Shown here: positions 24,905 through 38,977 of the stretch, in pieces
Layout of the letters: each line of letters opens with the position of its first letter
Numbering within the stretch: the first letter of the stretch is position 1
Origin: the human T2T-CHM13v2.0 reference genome, Homo sapiens
Length of the DNA: 64,000 nt
Assembly (NCBI RefSeq): GCF_009914755.1
Contig: NC_060932.1
Direction: 5' to 3' (one strand)
The notes under the pieces: generated by a model
Databases searched by the model: none
What the model saw: only the letters and a program-made list of their open reading frames with translations
Told to the model about the DNA's origin: nothing
Position numbers and translations under genes: made by a program

Positions 24905-25200
24905 AAACTGTAGTTAAGAGCTTTGGTTTTTCAGGTCCAGTTCTGACTGTAATCAGGTATGTGACTTTGGGCCCATCATTCAACTACATTCATTCATTTA
25001 CTCTACATATTTTTTGAGCTCCTTCTCTATGACAGGCACACAGCTAGATTATGGGGATTCTCATGGTGTTTATGTTAAAAGGGAATGGGTACAGACAGGC
25101 CAGACAGTAAGGAAACAAATGAACACATGAATACATAAACAAGAGAAATCTCAGAATTAAATGAAATAGCAAATTACTAAGGGGTTTTTTAGTTGAGTGG
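24905..25200. mobile_element. MIR (+) fragment followed by L2 3' end (-)
   Basis: gttaagagcttt...tgtgactttggg; cattcattcattt...tttgagctcc...caggcac. Confidence 0.55.
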
Positions 25201-25956
25201 CCACTGACAGCTCCTGTGAGTTCAGCATTCCAGGGAGAGAGAGGGTCAAGAATGTGCCTGGCTGACTTAATCCAATCCTAACTCCTTAATATACATTCAA
25301 GCTCCTTCAAAAGTAACCACTTATATCATTGTCCTCTCCAGTGGCTTCCCAATAATACACATTACAGCCCAGCTATACTGGACTTCCCACACTTCCTAGA
25401 ACATGTCATGCCCTCAAATATGTGCATGCAGATAAGTTCTTACAGTGACATTTTATGTGCTCTCAAAAAAAAAAAATGGTTGCTGTCATGACCAACTGCT
25501 GTTTCCTCTTCCCACCATATTTCTCCCTTCATCATCTCCCCTTATCCTTAAGGGACTCATATAAAACATCATCTTCTTTCTGAATTCTCAAATGGGACAA
25601 ATTTCTCTTGTATCATTATAGTTTATTTATGAAAGTTTTTCTCAAAGTGTAACTTAAGAATGTATATTCAGGAGCCAATACTGTCCCCAGGAGCCATGAG
25701 TCCCTGAGACTCATGTTTTAATGTTATGTTTTCATTTTGCTGATAATCGACAAATAAAATATACCAGTTTTTAAACAGAAAAAAAGAATGTGCCTGGGAG
25801 CTTCCAACAGACAGTATAGTTGGATTACAATGCGAAAGGGGGAAGAAGGTAGGCAGGAGCCAGATCATGTCAAGCTTCCTAAACTCTCCAGGACTCTCAT
25901 TTCTCATTTACAAAGTTATGTATCTGGAGAAAATGAATTAAAAGAACACTTCCAGT

Positions 25957-26072
25957 TCTAAAATATAAATTCCATGAGCAATTCTAATTTGTTCATTGCT
26001 TTATCCCCATCCCCAGTGCCTAGAACATAGCCCTTAGTATTTAATATATATTTGTTAATTGTGTGAATGAAT
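25957..26072 (+). mobile_element. L2 3' end
   Basis: tgttcattgctttatcccc...cagtgcctagaacatag...atatttgttaattgtgtgaatgaat. Confidence 0.75.
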
Positions 26073-26084
26073 CTATCAAAATCA

Positions 26085-26165
26085 ACACTGACCAGCAGAC
26101 CTTTCTGTGGTGGTAGAAAAGTGTTGTATCTATGCTTCCCACCACAGTTGCTCTGACCACATGAT
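26085..26165. mobile_element. MER3-like hAT fragment
   Basis: ctttctgtggtggtagaaaagtgttgtatctatgct...ccacatg. Confidence 0.45.
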
Positions 26166-26649
26166 TCCATGTTTCAGAAAGATAAAATCTCATTAACATA
26201 TAGGAAGAACAAGAGGATAAACCAAGGAAAACCCAAGATGACTAATGGTGTGCCCACAATGGAAAATAAATAATAAGAATTCAGTAGTGACTGTGATTTT
26301 GAATAACTGTCATCAAAAGATATATTTAACTATAAGGCAAAAATGTAATTGAAAATACAGTCTGCCTCTTACATGTTAGCAACTTAAACAAACCAACTTT
26401 GCTATATTTCTTTTCTTTGAATTGTTGCATATAATATATTTTATTCAAAAAAAGATAAAGTTTTTTTCATCATTCTATATTCCAAAATGCAAGTCACTTT
26501 GGTTCAATTACTTATTCATCTCTATTTCCTGATCTGCTAGATAAAGATGGAATAGCTATCAATAAAGACTGCAGCAACTTCGATTCCATCATTTTCTTAA
26601 CTGTTCTCCATGGAATTTAGATGTCTGGGATGTTATATTACTTAGCAAA

Positions 26650-27028
26650 AGTAACCTAGCTTTGGTCAGTTTGGTGAAAGTACACTCCAGGGAACAGCAG
26701 ATGTAAGTAAGTGAGAAATAATATGTGTATGCAGAAGAAATCCCACTATGCTCCATTTGCAACAAAAGCTTCAGCCAATCACACTAGGAGCTCTAAATTG
26801 AGATGTTCATTCAGAGTTGTCCCTTTGTATATAACTCCTTGACCAGCCAATGGATGCAGGCTGTCCCAAGCCACGGGTTTTGAGGGCGTAGCAGCACCCT
26901 CTTCTGAGGTCAATTTATTGAGAGAAACAGCTGTGAGCTATCAGCAGCCCACATCCCTTGCAGGATGGGAATAAGGGCCTGGATCCTGAAAAGGGACTGC
27001 TGAGAAGTACACCACAATATCCACAACA
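26650..27028 (-). mobile_element. LTR16-family ERVL LTR
   Basis: Reverse strand starts tgttgtggatattgtggtg...ttcagga...ggctgctgatagctcacagctg. Confidence 0.7.
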
Positions 27029-27859
27029 CCTGGTGGCAAGGAGTGCTAGAATGTGGTAGAACACATGGAACACAGGCACTGAGATTACTGAACTGGGTGG
27101 GAACCATGACTCTTACTTATGACATTTTGAGTTGACTTTAAACTGACCTAATCAATTTTACAGTCTACAAAGTAAGTTTGATGAGTAAAAGTCAGCTTAC
27201 ACAAAGATACTCTCTATTCCATTCCTGCTTATGTCTTCTTAAAGATAGCTCAGAATGGAAAGCCAGATGCAGCTGGTATTTTTGAAGTTCTATGACTCTT
27301 ATTGGAATTTTTAGAAGTGTCCACATATATTACACAAGGGTATGATCCTCGTCTTCCCTTCCACTCCGTAATGGAAATAGGTCTAGGGTTAGCTTGCTCA
27401 CTCTTTTTCCCTAGATTATCTGTCTTTGTCCAATGGATAATCATGCTTAAGGCTACTCTTCTCACTAAAAGGCCCTTTGAGACCCAGGCCAGTTATGGAC
27501 GAGGCACTGCTGCAATTTTTATCTTCACAGCTTCTGGCACAGCAGGTAAGATGTTTGGGCCATGCTGAGGAGCATTAAAACAGAGTTTAGGACTTTGTGA
27601 AGATAATAGAAAAAGCAGATCATTCTCGACCATTCAGGAAAAATTTGCTCAAGAAAAGAGTTTTCCCCTTCAAATTAACCTAACCTATTTGAATTTTCTA
27701 AAGAGCTACATCCAAGCTTCAGCTATTTAGAAAGATAAAGCTATATTGCCTTTAAAACACATTTAATTTGTACTTTAGATTCTTCTGAGTCACTGATTCA
27801 TCTATTAAACTTTGAAGCTGTTTCTACAGTTACAACCCACTCAGTTGATTTTATTGTTA

Positions 27860-29950
27860 AGAAAATATTTATCAAACATTTACCTGTGCCAGTCTCTAGA
27901 CTGAAGCAAAGATACAATGTTGAGTCAGATATAGTTTTTGTCCTCAAATGTTACAGGCTTAATTGTAAAGATAAACACCCGAGCAGTTAATTGCAATAGT
28001 GTGTGATATGTGTATGCAGAGGTAATGATCAGTTGCTATGAAAGTGCATATCAAAGGCACATAACCCAGCTGGGAGATGAGAAAATCTTCATGGAGAGAT
28101 AATGTTTTAGGTTTATTCTTTTTAGATGAGAAGCAGTTATGAGATAAAAGGGGTCAGGAGGAGGAGATGAATAGGGTAGGAGAACTCCAGATGAAAGGAC
28201 TGTAGAAAGGCTTTAGAGAGAAAAGGGAAAGTCTGACCTACATTGAAACTCTCAAGTGGTCACTGTGACTGAAGCTAAGAGTGTCAGTGTGAAATTATGA
28301 GAGAGGCAGCACCAGGTAAAGAGCTTGAACTATCCTGAGGGCCTTGTAGTGCCACTGGTAATTTTAAGTGATGTAACATGATCAGATTTGTGTTTTGAAA
28401 AATGCTTTAGTTTTTAAAGTATTTAAAACTCTGACAACGTTAATAACTAATATGCATGCTTATTTTCATTTACTATCTCAATTACTCTTCATAGTGATTG
28501 TGTCACAGGCCAGGACTATTAGCACTGTTACTTTACATACATGAAATAGGGCATTCACAAGGACTGAGTAACTTGTCCAGGGTCTGAGTGGTATGAAGAA
28601 TGAATTTGAAGTGGTCCTGTCCAGAGTCAGATAAACATTTAGAGGACTGCTAAGATAATTAGGTAAGAAATATTGAGATAAGACAACATAGAACATGAAT
28701 GAAGGCAGTGGCAGTGAAGATAAAACAAAGAGGTCAGATTATATGGAAATTAAGGAGGTAGAATCTATGTGATTCAGAGATTCACTTAGTTGTGTTGGGT
28801 GTGGGAGACGGAACAGCATAGGGTGTTTATCAACTTTCTTGCTCTATAAATTCGGTGAATGGTGTTGCCATTTGCTGAGGCAGTGAATTCCAGGCAAGCA
28901 TTCGAAAGAGCTAGATGCAAAGGTTTTAAACGTTAGATATGCATGGGGTGAATCAGAGGTTTTGTGGGACATTTTAATGGTAATTCTTAGTAGGCATTTG
29001 GATATGTAAGTTTTGCTGAGGAGCACTATTTAAGATACAGAGAGTGCTACAGGATTCATCAGGAGAATTTTTGGAGTTATGGGAAGTGTGCAGGAGAGAG
29101 AATACAGGGAGCCTGAGATGGCTATCTTTAGAAAGGCCTGCTTGTAAGCTTGGCCCTTTGCTAGCATTTGGGAAGCTGGTCTCTGAAGCATTCCCAGATA
29201 AGTTTGTTTTGCTCTGGCTACACTGTTTGTGCAAAAAAATGTGTCAATGGTGAATACCTGCTTTTCTTCTGGAATGTGGAATTCTGGTAGTTTCTAGGCA
29301 GAGAATGCTTACTTAAGCAGACCTGAATAAAAATCCTAAACTCTGAGTCTCAATTGGGCTTCCCTGGACATGAATGCTGCACACGTGTGGCTGCACTGTC
29401 ACTGCTGGAGGGGGAGTGTGCTCTATGTGACTTCTCCTGGAAAGGAGAGAACATAGAAACCCTGAGCACAGATTCCACCAGGATCCATTTGTGTAATTTT
29501 CCTTCACTGATCTGTTGGTAAACCCTTACTCTATAATAAATGTTAGCCATGTGGCATACAGCTACATGCTTAATGCAGTAAGTCTTTCTAGTGAATTGCA
29601 GAATGTATGGATGGTCTTGGGGAGCTTTGAGACAGGAATATGCAAGATTGCCTCTGGACCCACACAGGTACATTTCTTGGAAGAGTGGTAGAGGTAGAAA
29701 CCATATTTCAGTGGGTTTAGGAATGTATGAGGGTGAAGAAGTGATGGATGGAGTACAGATTTCTTTTTCAAGAACTTGGCCTTTAAATAAAAAGGAACTA
29801 CTTAGGGAAATACAAGAGAAGGTATATGGTTTAGAAGAATTTCAGTGTTGAGAAAGACTTGAATATGTGAACATGCTGAAGGGAAGAACCAACGAAGAAG
29901 AAGAACATGAAGATGCTGACTAAACAAAAGGATCAGTAGTGAAGATAGAA
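27860..29950 (-). mobile_element. Fragmented L2, interrupted by MIR (~28440-28630) and MER68
   Basis: aaatatttat...cctgtgccag; catgatcagatttgtgtttt; gaatggtgttgccatttgctgag; gtaggcatttggatatg. Confidence 0.65.
29087..29634 (+). mobile_element. MER68-like ERVL solo LTR
   Basis: gcctgagatggctatctttagaaaggcctgcttgtaagcttggccctt...gggcttccctgg...ggtcttggggagctttgagaca. Confidence 0.8.
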
Positions 29951-30672
29951 AAGATCAGAGCCAGAAGAAAAATAGCTGTTTTGCATATTTTGTTCAAGAA
30001 GGAACAACACTTACACTTACAGAGAAAAGAAAGAAGTAAAGAAGAACATGGGAGAATATAGATGTAAGTAAAATAGTAAGCAAAGAGCAAAAGGAAATTC
30101 GCGATTTTGTCTGAAGGCTTTGTTGTTTTGTTTTGCTTGCTCAGTGAATTAGAGGGTTCATTGAGCAGTACTGTGAAATTCAATCAAAATTAAAATGAAT
30201 TTAATTTTCACTGAATTAAGGGTTGGTTGACTGAACTAATGAGTCACTTTAATTACTCATAGAAACCAACAGTTTCTCTGAACTCATGGATCCAATGAGT
30301 TGGAGAAGATCTTATAACTATCTATGCCAATCTTCCTCTCAATAAAGAAATTGAATCTAAAATATTCTTGAATTGTGCTCATATGTTTCTGTTTCAACAT
30401 TTCCAGGGAAGGGCGGCTCAATCTCTGCATATAACGCAGCCACTTGTTTTGTTGCTGAATAGAAAAAATCATCAAAATACTCTTTGCAAAGGTCATTGTC
30501 TTGTCTGCAATTTTTATCTTTTGTTATTATTAGGTTTTTTTTCTTAGGGGTAACTGCATTTATTTTCTATTTTTCACATGGAAGACCTTCAAATATTTAA
30601 AGATGTATTGTTATTGAGTTTCCACTTTCCTAGGATATACATGGCAGTCCCTTAATCAAGTTCATGTTTGAA

Positions 30673-30733
30673 TAAAAACCTAGAGGATGTGAGGAAACTA
30701 GCCATATGAATACCTGGAGTAAGAGCATCCTAG
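30673..30733 (+). repeat. Dispersed 61-bp direct copy of 31601-31661
   Basis: First 30 bp identical (taaaaacctagaggatgtgaggaaactagc); 6 mismatches in the remaining 31 bp. Confidence 0.9.
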
Positions 30734-30819
30734 ACATAATTATGTTTATAAAACATGATTTCTGAATCCCTCACTGTTGCATTGCCCTTTTCTTTTCTTG
30801 CTCATAAGGTTAATGATGC

Positions 30820-31055
30820 CAGTGACATCTGGGCTTTGCAGAGAGACTGACCTAGGCCTGAGGACTTGATGGTCACTTATGAATTGTGCAGTCTTGGGGA
30901 TGTTGCTTAATTTATGTAAGATTTGTTTCCTCATCTATGAAATATGACTAAGTAAGACGTATTTCATGGGCCAATTTTGAGGAATGACTAAGATCACATA
31001 GATAAAGCACTTGGCATAGTATCTAAGATATATTAAGTAGGCAGCAAATATATAT
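30820..31055 (+). mobile_element. MIR SINE
   Basis: gggctttgcagagagactgacctagg...gtttcctcatctatgaaat...taaagcacttggcatagt. Confidence 0.8.
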
Positions 31056-31299
31056 GTAATTATTCTACTTTTTTCTCTGAGCTGATCATCTGACCAAGTG
31101 GCTGCATGTACAAGTTCGACAAGTTAAGTTTATGTGGACCTTGCAGTGTAACACTGCTATAAAAATTCAACAAACAATGCGAAATTCTAATAGTAAGTCA
31201 GACATTAATATTATTTTCCTTCTTGCCACAACAGCAATATCAACCAAACATGTCCATTCTCCTTGTTCCATGTGTTCTCTTGACTTTCTCATTCTTTTG

Positions 31300-32335
31300 T
31301 TATTCAATCAACAAATATATATTGAGATCTTACTGTGGGCCAATCACTATTTTAGGCATTGTAAATACAACAATGAAAAATACTCCTGTCCTCATGGATT
31401 TTACTTTCTTATAGAGGGTAGAAAATATAAAAGATAAGTAAATAAATTATATAGTATATACAGATAATATATATGTCAAAAGATAAAAGATAAAGCATAA
31501 GTGGGAGTAGGAAATGTCAAGGGCACTGTGGGGTGAAAATAGATATAACTGCATTTAACACATTATATTCAGGAAAGGCCTCCCTGAGAAGATATGTGAG
31601 TAAAAACCTAGAGGATGTGAGGAAACTAGCTATGTAGATACCTGGAGGAAGAGCATCCCAGGTGTAGGAAGAGCAAAGAAAAAAGCCTTGGGGCAGGAAT
31701 GTGACAGGGGTTGGGGGTAGTTATTGCAGAATGTGCAATGGGCAATCAAACAAGCAATGAGATTAAAGAGGTAATGGTACAGATCGTGTAAGATTTTACA
31801 GGTCATGGTAAGGACTTTCATGGTTCCTGGATCAGCATCAGAAGCCACACCCGGAATGATCACCCCTTACTTAGGAACTTGAAATACAAATTTGCAAGCC
31901 CTACTCCAGACTTATAGAATCAGAGCTTCTAGGGACAGTGTCTAGCAATCTGCATTAAAACCAGCCCTTTAGAGGATTCTGAAACTCACTGTAGCTTGAG
32001 AACCACTAGACTCATAGGTGATAAAGGAAGCTAGGAGAGAGCTTAAGCAGATAGATGAGTACCATGATCTGGTTGACACTACAAACCACTCCTGCTGTGT
32101 TGAATATATATGTAAGGCAGAAGCAATGGGACAAATTAATGAAACTTCTTGGTAATTTATGACACAACATCGTGATTGGACTTGATATGGGTGGAGAAGG
32201 TAGTTGAAAAACGATGGAATTCTAAATATATTTTCAAGATAGTCTCAACAGAATGAGTGAAGTATGATAAAGAGAGAAAGCAAGGAAGACTCTAAGGGGT
32301 TTTGCTGAAGTTTCAGGAAGAATTGAGCCACCATT
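31300..32335 (-). mobile_element. L2a, interrupted by MER5A
   Basis: ttattcaatcaacaaatatatattgag...tcaggaaaggcctccctgagaag...gaagagcatcccagg...caggtcatggtaaggacttt. Confidence 0.85.
31820..32009. mobile_element. MER5A hAT relic
   Basis: gccctactccagactt...gaatcagag...agcaatctgcatt...ttgagaaccact. Confidence 0.75.
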
Positions 32336-32503
32336 AAGTACTTAATCTGGCAAAAATAATCTTAATAATATTTATAAATATATTAATTTTGAAAAAACAT
32401 CAAGACTTTCTTATCCCTATATGCTTTATTCTGGTATTCTTATCAGTGACAATACAGATACTTGAGGGTAAATAGTATTGATAAAGCATTCTAATGCTGA
32501 GAA

Positions 32504-33287
<784 letters not shown>

Positions 33288-34072
33288 ATAATTCCCACAG
33301 ATTATTTGTTTTCTATATAAATTTCTATTCCCAAATATAATCAATTTTTGATTATCCAAACCAATGGAGTAGAGCTTTGGAAGGGATCATCCCAAACACA
33401 AATCACGCCAGGCCATTTTATCTTTGCTTTCAGAATTCATTTCCATATTTTCTTAGTTACAGTTTATCAGCAGTGAAAATGCATGTTATCAAAACCAAAT
33501 AACAAAGCTTTCTCATGCAATAGTCCTTGACATAAAATAATCTCAGATTAATTATTAAAGATTAAATACGACAAAAGAAGAGGTCTTGCAAATGTAGTTT
33601 TGAACTAGTTATACACAATGCCTTGTGCAAAGTGAGCAGTGTGTGTGTGTGTGACTATAAAATTCAGATTCAATCCACAGAATTTACATTACAAACATAG
33701 TAATTTTGTAACCATTACCACAGTGAATAGCTGCTGCCCTGTATATTCAAAGAAATACTGCATCTTATTATCGGGAGGAAATCTAAAAGCTGGCTAATTT
33801 AATGTTTGAGTAAATTATTATATCATTTAAAAGATTTTCTTCTAGCATCTGCATAAACCTTTCCAGAGATGAGGAGGACATAAGCAGCTTATTATTTGCT
33901 GAAAACTCTTGATAAAAGCTTGTGCTTCTGAGCCTACAATGGAATGTATGTGTCTACCACCAGCACTTTCTTTTTACCATCACCTGAAAGTCATCTTGTC
34001 ACTACACTTGAGTCATGGACAACTTTCCGATTTGATTCACAGTCTGCTGCTCCAGTGTTAATGATGATACAA

Positions 34073-34547
34073 TGATATTATTACTGAAGAAATATTAATT
34101 GTAAAAAAAAGAAGCACTTCATTTTAAATTAGAACACAGTCTCTTTGTCACTGAAGCTATAATTCCAAGCAAAGGGCTTATAAAGGAAGGAGAGAATTAT
34201 GGCTTGACCACTACACAAAATATGTCTGAATTCATCATGTAGCAAATCTTGTAGCTCAATTTTCCATCTGAACATGAAGGAAATATTAAAAAATTCTCAT
34301 AATAGCCCATTTTTCTCTGCTATATGATTATTAAAAGTTGACAGGGCACAGTTTCTAGGTAATGTGGTTTTCAAATATTGTTTGAGGGTTTCCAGAATAT
34401 TGGCTAAAAATAATAATGATGATAATGTCTTCCTTTAGAAAAGACAGGTCAGAGCGAACACTTAGCTTCTTTTATTATTTCATATTAATAAGTTTAAAAT
34501 TTGTGTAAATACTTTTAAGTCAATTATGAGGGCCTCAAGAGTATTTA
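34073..34547 (-). repeat. Right arm of the inverted repeat (Alu-empty site)
   Basis: aaaagttgacagggcacag is uninterrupted; ends gggcctcaagagtattta. Confidence 0.95.
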
Positions 34548-34589
34548 CATGTTATGTGTATGTCTAATCCAATATTGTTTGGCAATTCC

Positions 34590-35580
34590 TTCTTTAACTC
34601 AATGATTTTAGTGTTTCTCTTCCTTTAATCTACCATCCACCCAGATACTCAAAATTATCTTGATTGAATCTTTCTACAATGTATATGTAGATCAAAAGAT
34701 CAAATTGTATGCCATAAATATATACAACTACTATTTTTCAATTAAAAATAAATTAATAACATTTTTTAAAAGGATAATTTTGGAGTCAATCCAGATTTCT
34801 TTTTCTCCCCACATAATTAAATACCAACAATTTTGTCAATTTTGCCACCCCACACCCTCAAATCTATATATTTCTTATGTCCGAATGTCTTTTTGAGTTC
34901 AGAATCTCATTAGCTCTTACCTGGTCTCACTGAGCTAACCTCCTGACTACTACTACCTAAGATTCTGCCCTTTAATTCTTCCTACAAACTAATTTGTAAA
35001 TATACCTAAAACCCTTCAAAAATAGTTTATCTAAAGAATAACTCAAAAATCATGAAAATGGCATGTGTGGTCATTTGCGTTATGACTTCTTTCTAGTGAG
35101 CATCATAACTCATCATTTTCTATCTCTAATATCATATGTCAGAATTTTCAAACACTTGGCGTACTCCACCATTTCAAATCCTGTGCTTTCATATATCTGC
35201 ACATGTTTTGACTCCACTTGGAATGCCGTGCCCTTTCTTCCTAAAAGAAACCAGTTACCTTTCTGGAGAATTTCTCCTCATTTCCGACGCCTCAGATTAA
35301 TCATAACCCTCTCCACTAAGAATTCCTTGATTGCTGCAGGCTAAAGTGATCACTTCCTCTTTTGTGCTATGTCTTAAGCACACCTCTATTGTTATAGATA
35401 GTACATTTTATTAAAAATGGTAGTCTTCAACTTTATTTCCTCCCCTAAATTATGAGTACTTTAGTGTATGTTTTCTTTTTTTTGCATTTGTGTTCTTATT
35501 TGTCTTTCCGATACCACGCTATCATTGGTACCCAATCAATATTTGCAGAATTAGGAGGTGAATGAACAGATGAATAAATA
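34590..35580 (+). mobile_element. Degenerate L2
   Basis: ttggaatgccgtgccctttc...; 3' end caatatttgcagaatt...tgaatgaacagatgaataaat. Confidence 0.5.
34660..34752 (+). mobile_element. L1MA extreme 3' end
   Basis: ctacaatgtatatgtagatcaaaagatcaaattgtatgccataaatatatacaa...tcaattaaaaataaa. Confidence 0.75.
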
Positions 35581-36419
35581 CAGAGTGAATTTTACTTTAG
35601 AGATGCAGGTAAATCCAACAATGATTATAACAAAGGAACAACAAAATAAGAGCGTGTTTTGGCTTTATAGAGAGAAAGGTAATAAATGTGATTATAATAT
35701 ACTTGTGCCCTTAATAATGAGGTAGACACTTTACAAAATCACAGAATACTAACGTTATGTCCAGAAATTTTATGTGAAAGAAACAGAATCAATCAAGATG
35801 TAGTCCTTCAAAGTAGAATAAAAGCTATGATAGTAAATGAGCTTGAATTTTCTTGAGGAATGGAAACTAGTCATGGTAAAATTGCAAGATACTTTTGAAT
35901 AGATGAAAGCTTGTATTTGTGTAATTCTTATACACTTGCAAGTTCTCTAACCTTTTCACTTTAAAGGAAATTATGATTGTTATCTGACTTGATATTAAAT
36001 GAACAAGGAAAGTTTTAGTTTAAGGGCAGTCCAAAAACTATATCCAAATAAAAGCTTGCATATTAGTTTTAAAATAAGCTTTTATGAAACTGCAAAATAA
36101 TCCTCCTTCAAATAGTCACGATACCAAAGAGGAAATTGAAGATACAGCTGTGAACTTTTATTCACATTCTGAAATCTGTACATCAAAGTTAATAATGGAG
36201 ATAACGCTAAACTTATAATTGACTTCAAAACATATGACATTAATTTAAAATATTACTTCAACTCAGGAAAACTCGTACTACTTTTTAAAGGATTCAAGAC
36301 TCAGAAAGAGAATATAACATGGTCTTCATTCTGATCTGCTTTAAGGATCATCAATGCGTTCATGTTCACTTCAAAACTGTACCTTCTTTATTAATCTATT
36401 CAAAAATAATATTTCATTA

Positions 36420-36668
36420 TCACTTTTTAATCAATTCAATGGTGCACTTTTCAGTGTTTTAACATTTTTGAACTAGGAATGAACAGAAAAAATTGACAAT
36501 ATGTCATAGTTAAATTGATAGAGCTAATTAAATTTTATTGTGAAAGAAAATAATGGTGCGTGCAGCTCACAAGTTTAATTGACAGAGCTTATTAAATCTT
36601 ATTGTGAAAGAAAATTATAATATATGCAGCTCAGAATATATGAAGGTCTTAGAAGCTTGAAGACATGA
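36420..36668. mobile_element. MER104-like (Tc2/mariner) relic
   Basis: gtgcactttt...ttttaacatttttgaa...tgtcatagttaaattg...aaaataatggtgcgt...tcttaga. Confidence 0.55.
36508..36636. repeat. 64-bp tandem duplication
   Basis: agttaaattgatagagctaattaaattttattgtgaaagaaaa...tgcagctca repeated from 36572. Confidence 0.88.
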
Positions 36669-37669
36669 GGTTAAGTACCTAGAATTTGACTATTTTTTCC
36701 ACTGTCAAGCCAAGTTGTGATCATTAAACTAAAAAGAAAATTCCAATATTCTCTATTCCAGTATCACAGAATATAATACTTGCATTTTGTCTCTTCTAGA
36801 CATACCAAGATAAATGTTCCACAAAGGGAAGTCAAAATTTTCCATACAAAAGAAAACCAGAGTAAACTGCTATGCCTGGATTTCTAAAACTACTTAAACA
36901 AATGGCTAAATTGCCATGTATTTTGATACTTCAACATGACATAAACGTCGTTAAATCCAGGATACAGCCATCTGGATAATGAAATTGCCCTTCCATCTCA
37001 AACGCAGTAATCACTGCTGCTCAGTGCCTATAGAAGCCTCCAAAAAAACGTATTTAAGATGATAATTAGATTCTATCTGATTCTCCTCACCCTCATGCTT
37101 GGTGAGAGGACTGGTTTTCAAGCTCACCCTCACACTCTTGTGTTTAATGCTTTTCACTCTCTATGGAGTGTGACCCTGTTAGCTCTCAGAGGCTTTCTAG
37201 TTATTTAATCAGCACCATACTCTTTTACATTTTAGCATTCATAATTGTTCCAGTGCCTTAATTTGAATTCTGAAACTTGCTCCCTCGAATGTTCTTTCTT
37301 CCAATTTCTTCATGCCACTTGTTCCTTTTCCTCATCGTGGCCTCAAGTCCCCTGGTACCTCCCTATTCCTCAAAGTCATTGATGTTCTGCTTATCAACAC
37401 ATCTCCACATATTATGAATCCCATGATCCCCAATTCCTTTATCAATATGATAATTCCTGATTAGGACCACTCTCCACCCATCCCTCATAATGTTCTGTGT
37501 TTCTCCTTTCCTGCATGTATCTTGGTATTTGTTTGCATTTAATTTTAGAGTTAGTTTATGAACTTTCCTCTCTCATAACAGGCTTAATCATGATAAAAAC
37601 AAGAGTCATGTCTAACAGAGATGACTTTTAAAGGTTGCTTAATAATTTTCTGAAGTTTAATTAACCATT

Positions 37670-38400
37670 TCTAGTTATATGGCTATTTGGGTCATTTATG
37701 TATTTTATTATCAAAAAATATCTTGAATACAATCTATTTTAGTGTTTTAAAATTTTCTTTAGAAAGAAATTTCCAAGAATAAGATGTATAAAAAAATCAT
37801 GTTCTTAAAGCTTTTGATACATATTTCCAGATTGCTTTCTAAAAAGAGAATAGAAATTTGGCTTTCTACCAATAATCTATGAGGGTCTACCTCACCCTAT
37901 CTTCCAAATTGTTCAATATTGAAATTTTTAAAAGCCTTTTCTAATATGATAGGTTTAAAAATATATTTTTGCTTTCAATTTGTAAGGCTTGATTAATACT
38001 GGGTTTAAAATTATATCCTAATTGTAAATATTTATAAAGACAAATTTGGTTATAATTCTACTTCTGTCAATAGCCTGATCTTAGGTTTTACTCCTTTTAT
38101 CTATTTAGGTCCTATATTTATATTATAATTTATATAAATCCATGTTAAAAATCAATATATTGTTGATTTAAGATATTTTTGATTTTTAGTGTATTTTGAC
38201 ATAAAAGTATTTCACACATGAGATTTATATTTGTGTAACATCTTTCTTAATTCTATAATAATTTTTAGACATTAAAAGTCCTTTCATATCCAAAGATACA
38301 TTAAACTTTCCTATATTAGTCAAGATGGTTTTACTTGTCAATTTTAACTCTGAAACTTGTCTGAATATCATTTTGTTATATAGTTTGAGATTTCTAATTG
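37670..38400 (-). mobile_element. Ancient L1ME fragment
   Basis: ttttgatacatatttccagattgctttctaaaaag...taccaataatctatgaggg...ctaatatgataggt. Confidence 0.6.
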
Positions 38401-38889
38401 TAGTTCAGTTAAAGAAGACAGATTGAATGCATATCTTCATATTCTTTCTAACACCCTACCAAAATGACAAGGGGATAAAATAATACAAACCCACAAAGGA
38501 AAAGAGAAAGGGAGAAAGAAAACAACATTTTGGAGTTTAGAAAACAGGTAAAATTAGGTAATTAAACTGGCAGATTTGGGAAAGCTGAAACTCAGACATG
38601 AAATTAGTGAACTTCACATGTAAACCACTTTACTCTTTAAAGCTCAAGAAAAGCTTAGAGATGGCGGCAGGACCTACTACTAAGCAGTAATCAAGGCAGA
38701 AATACAAACCAAGATACAAGGTTAAAACTTCTATTTAGGAAATAATTAGAATTCCAGATGTCTTGGATGGTTGGATGGATGGGTGTTCATCTCCCTACCA
38801 CAACATTTTCTCTTTGGTAAGAGTAAATCAGAAAATATCTGTGCTGGGGGCCATAAGGAGAGCTGAGAGCAAATGAAAGTAATTAGGTT

Positions 38890-38935
38890 TACATTAGTCA
38901 GAGTTCTCCAGGGAAACAGAACCAATAGTATTGTT

Positions 38936-38977
<42 letters not shown>

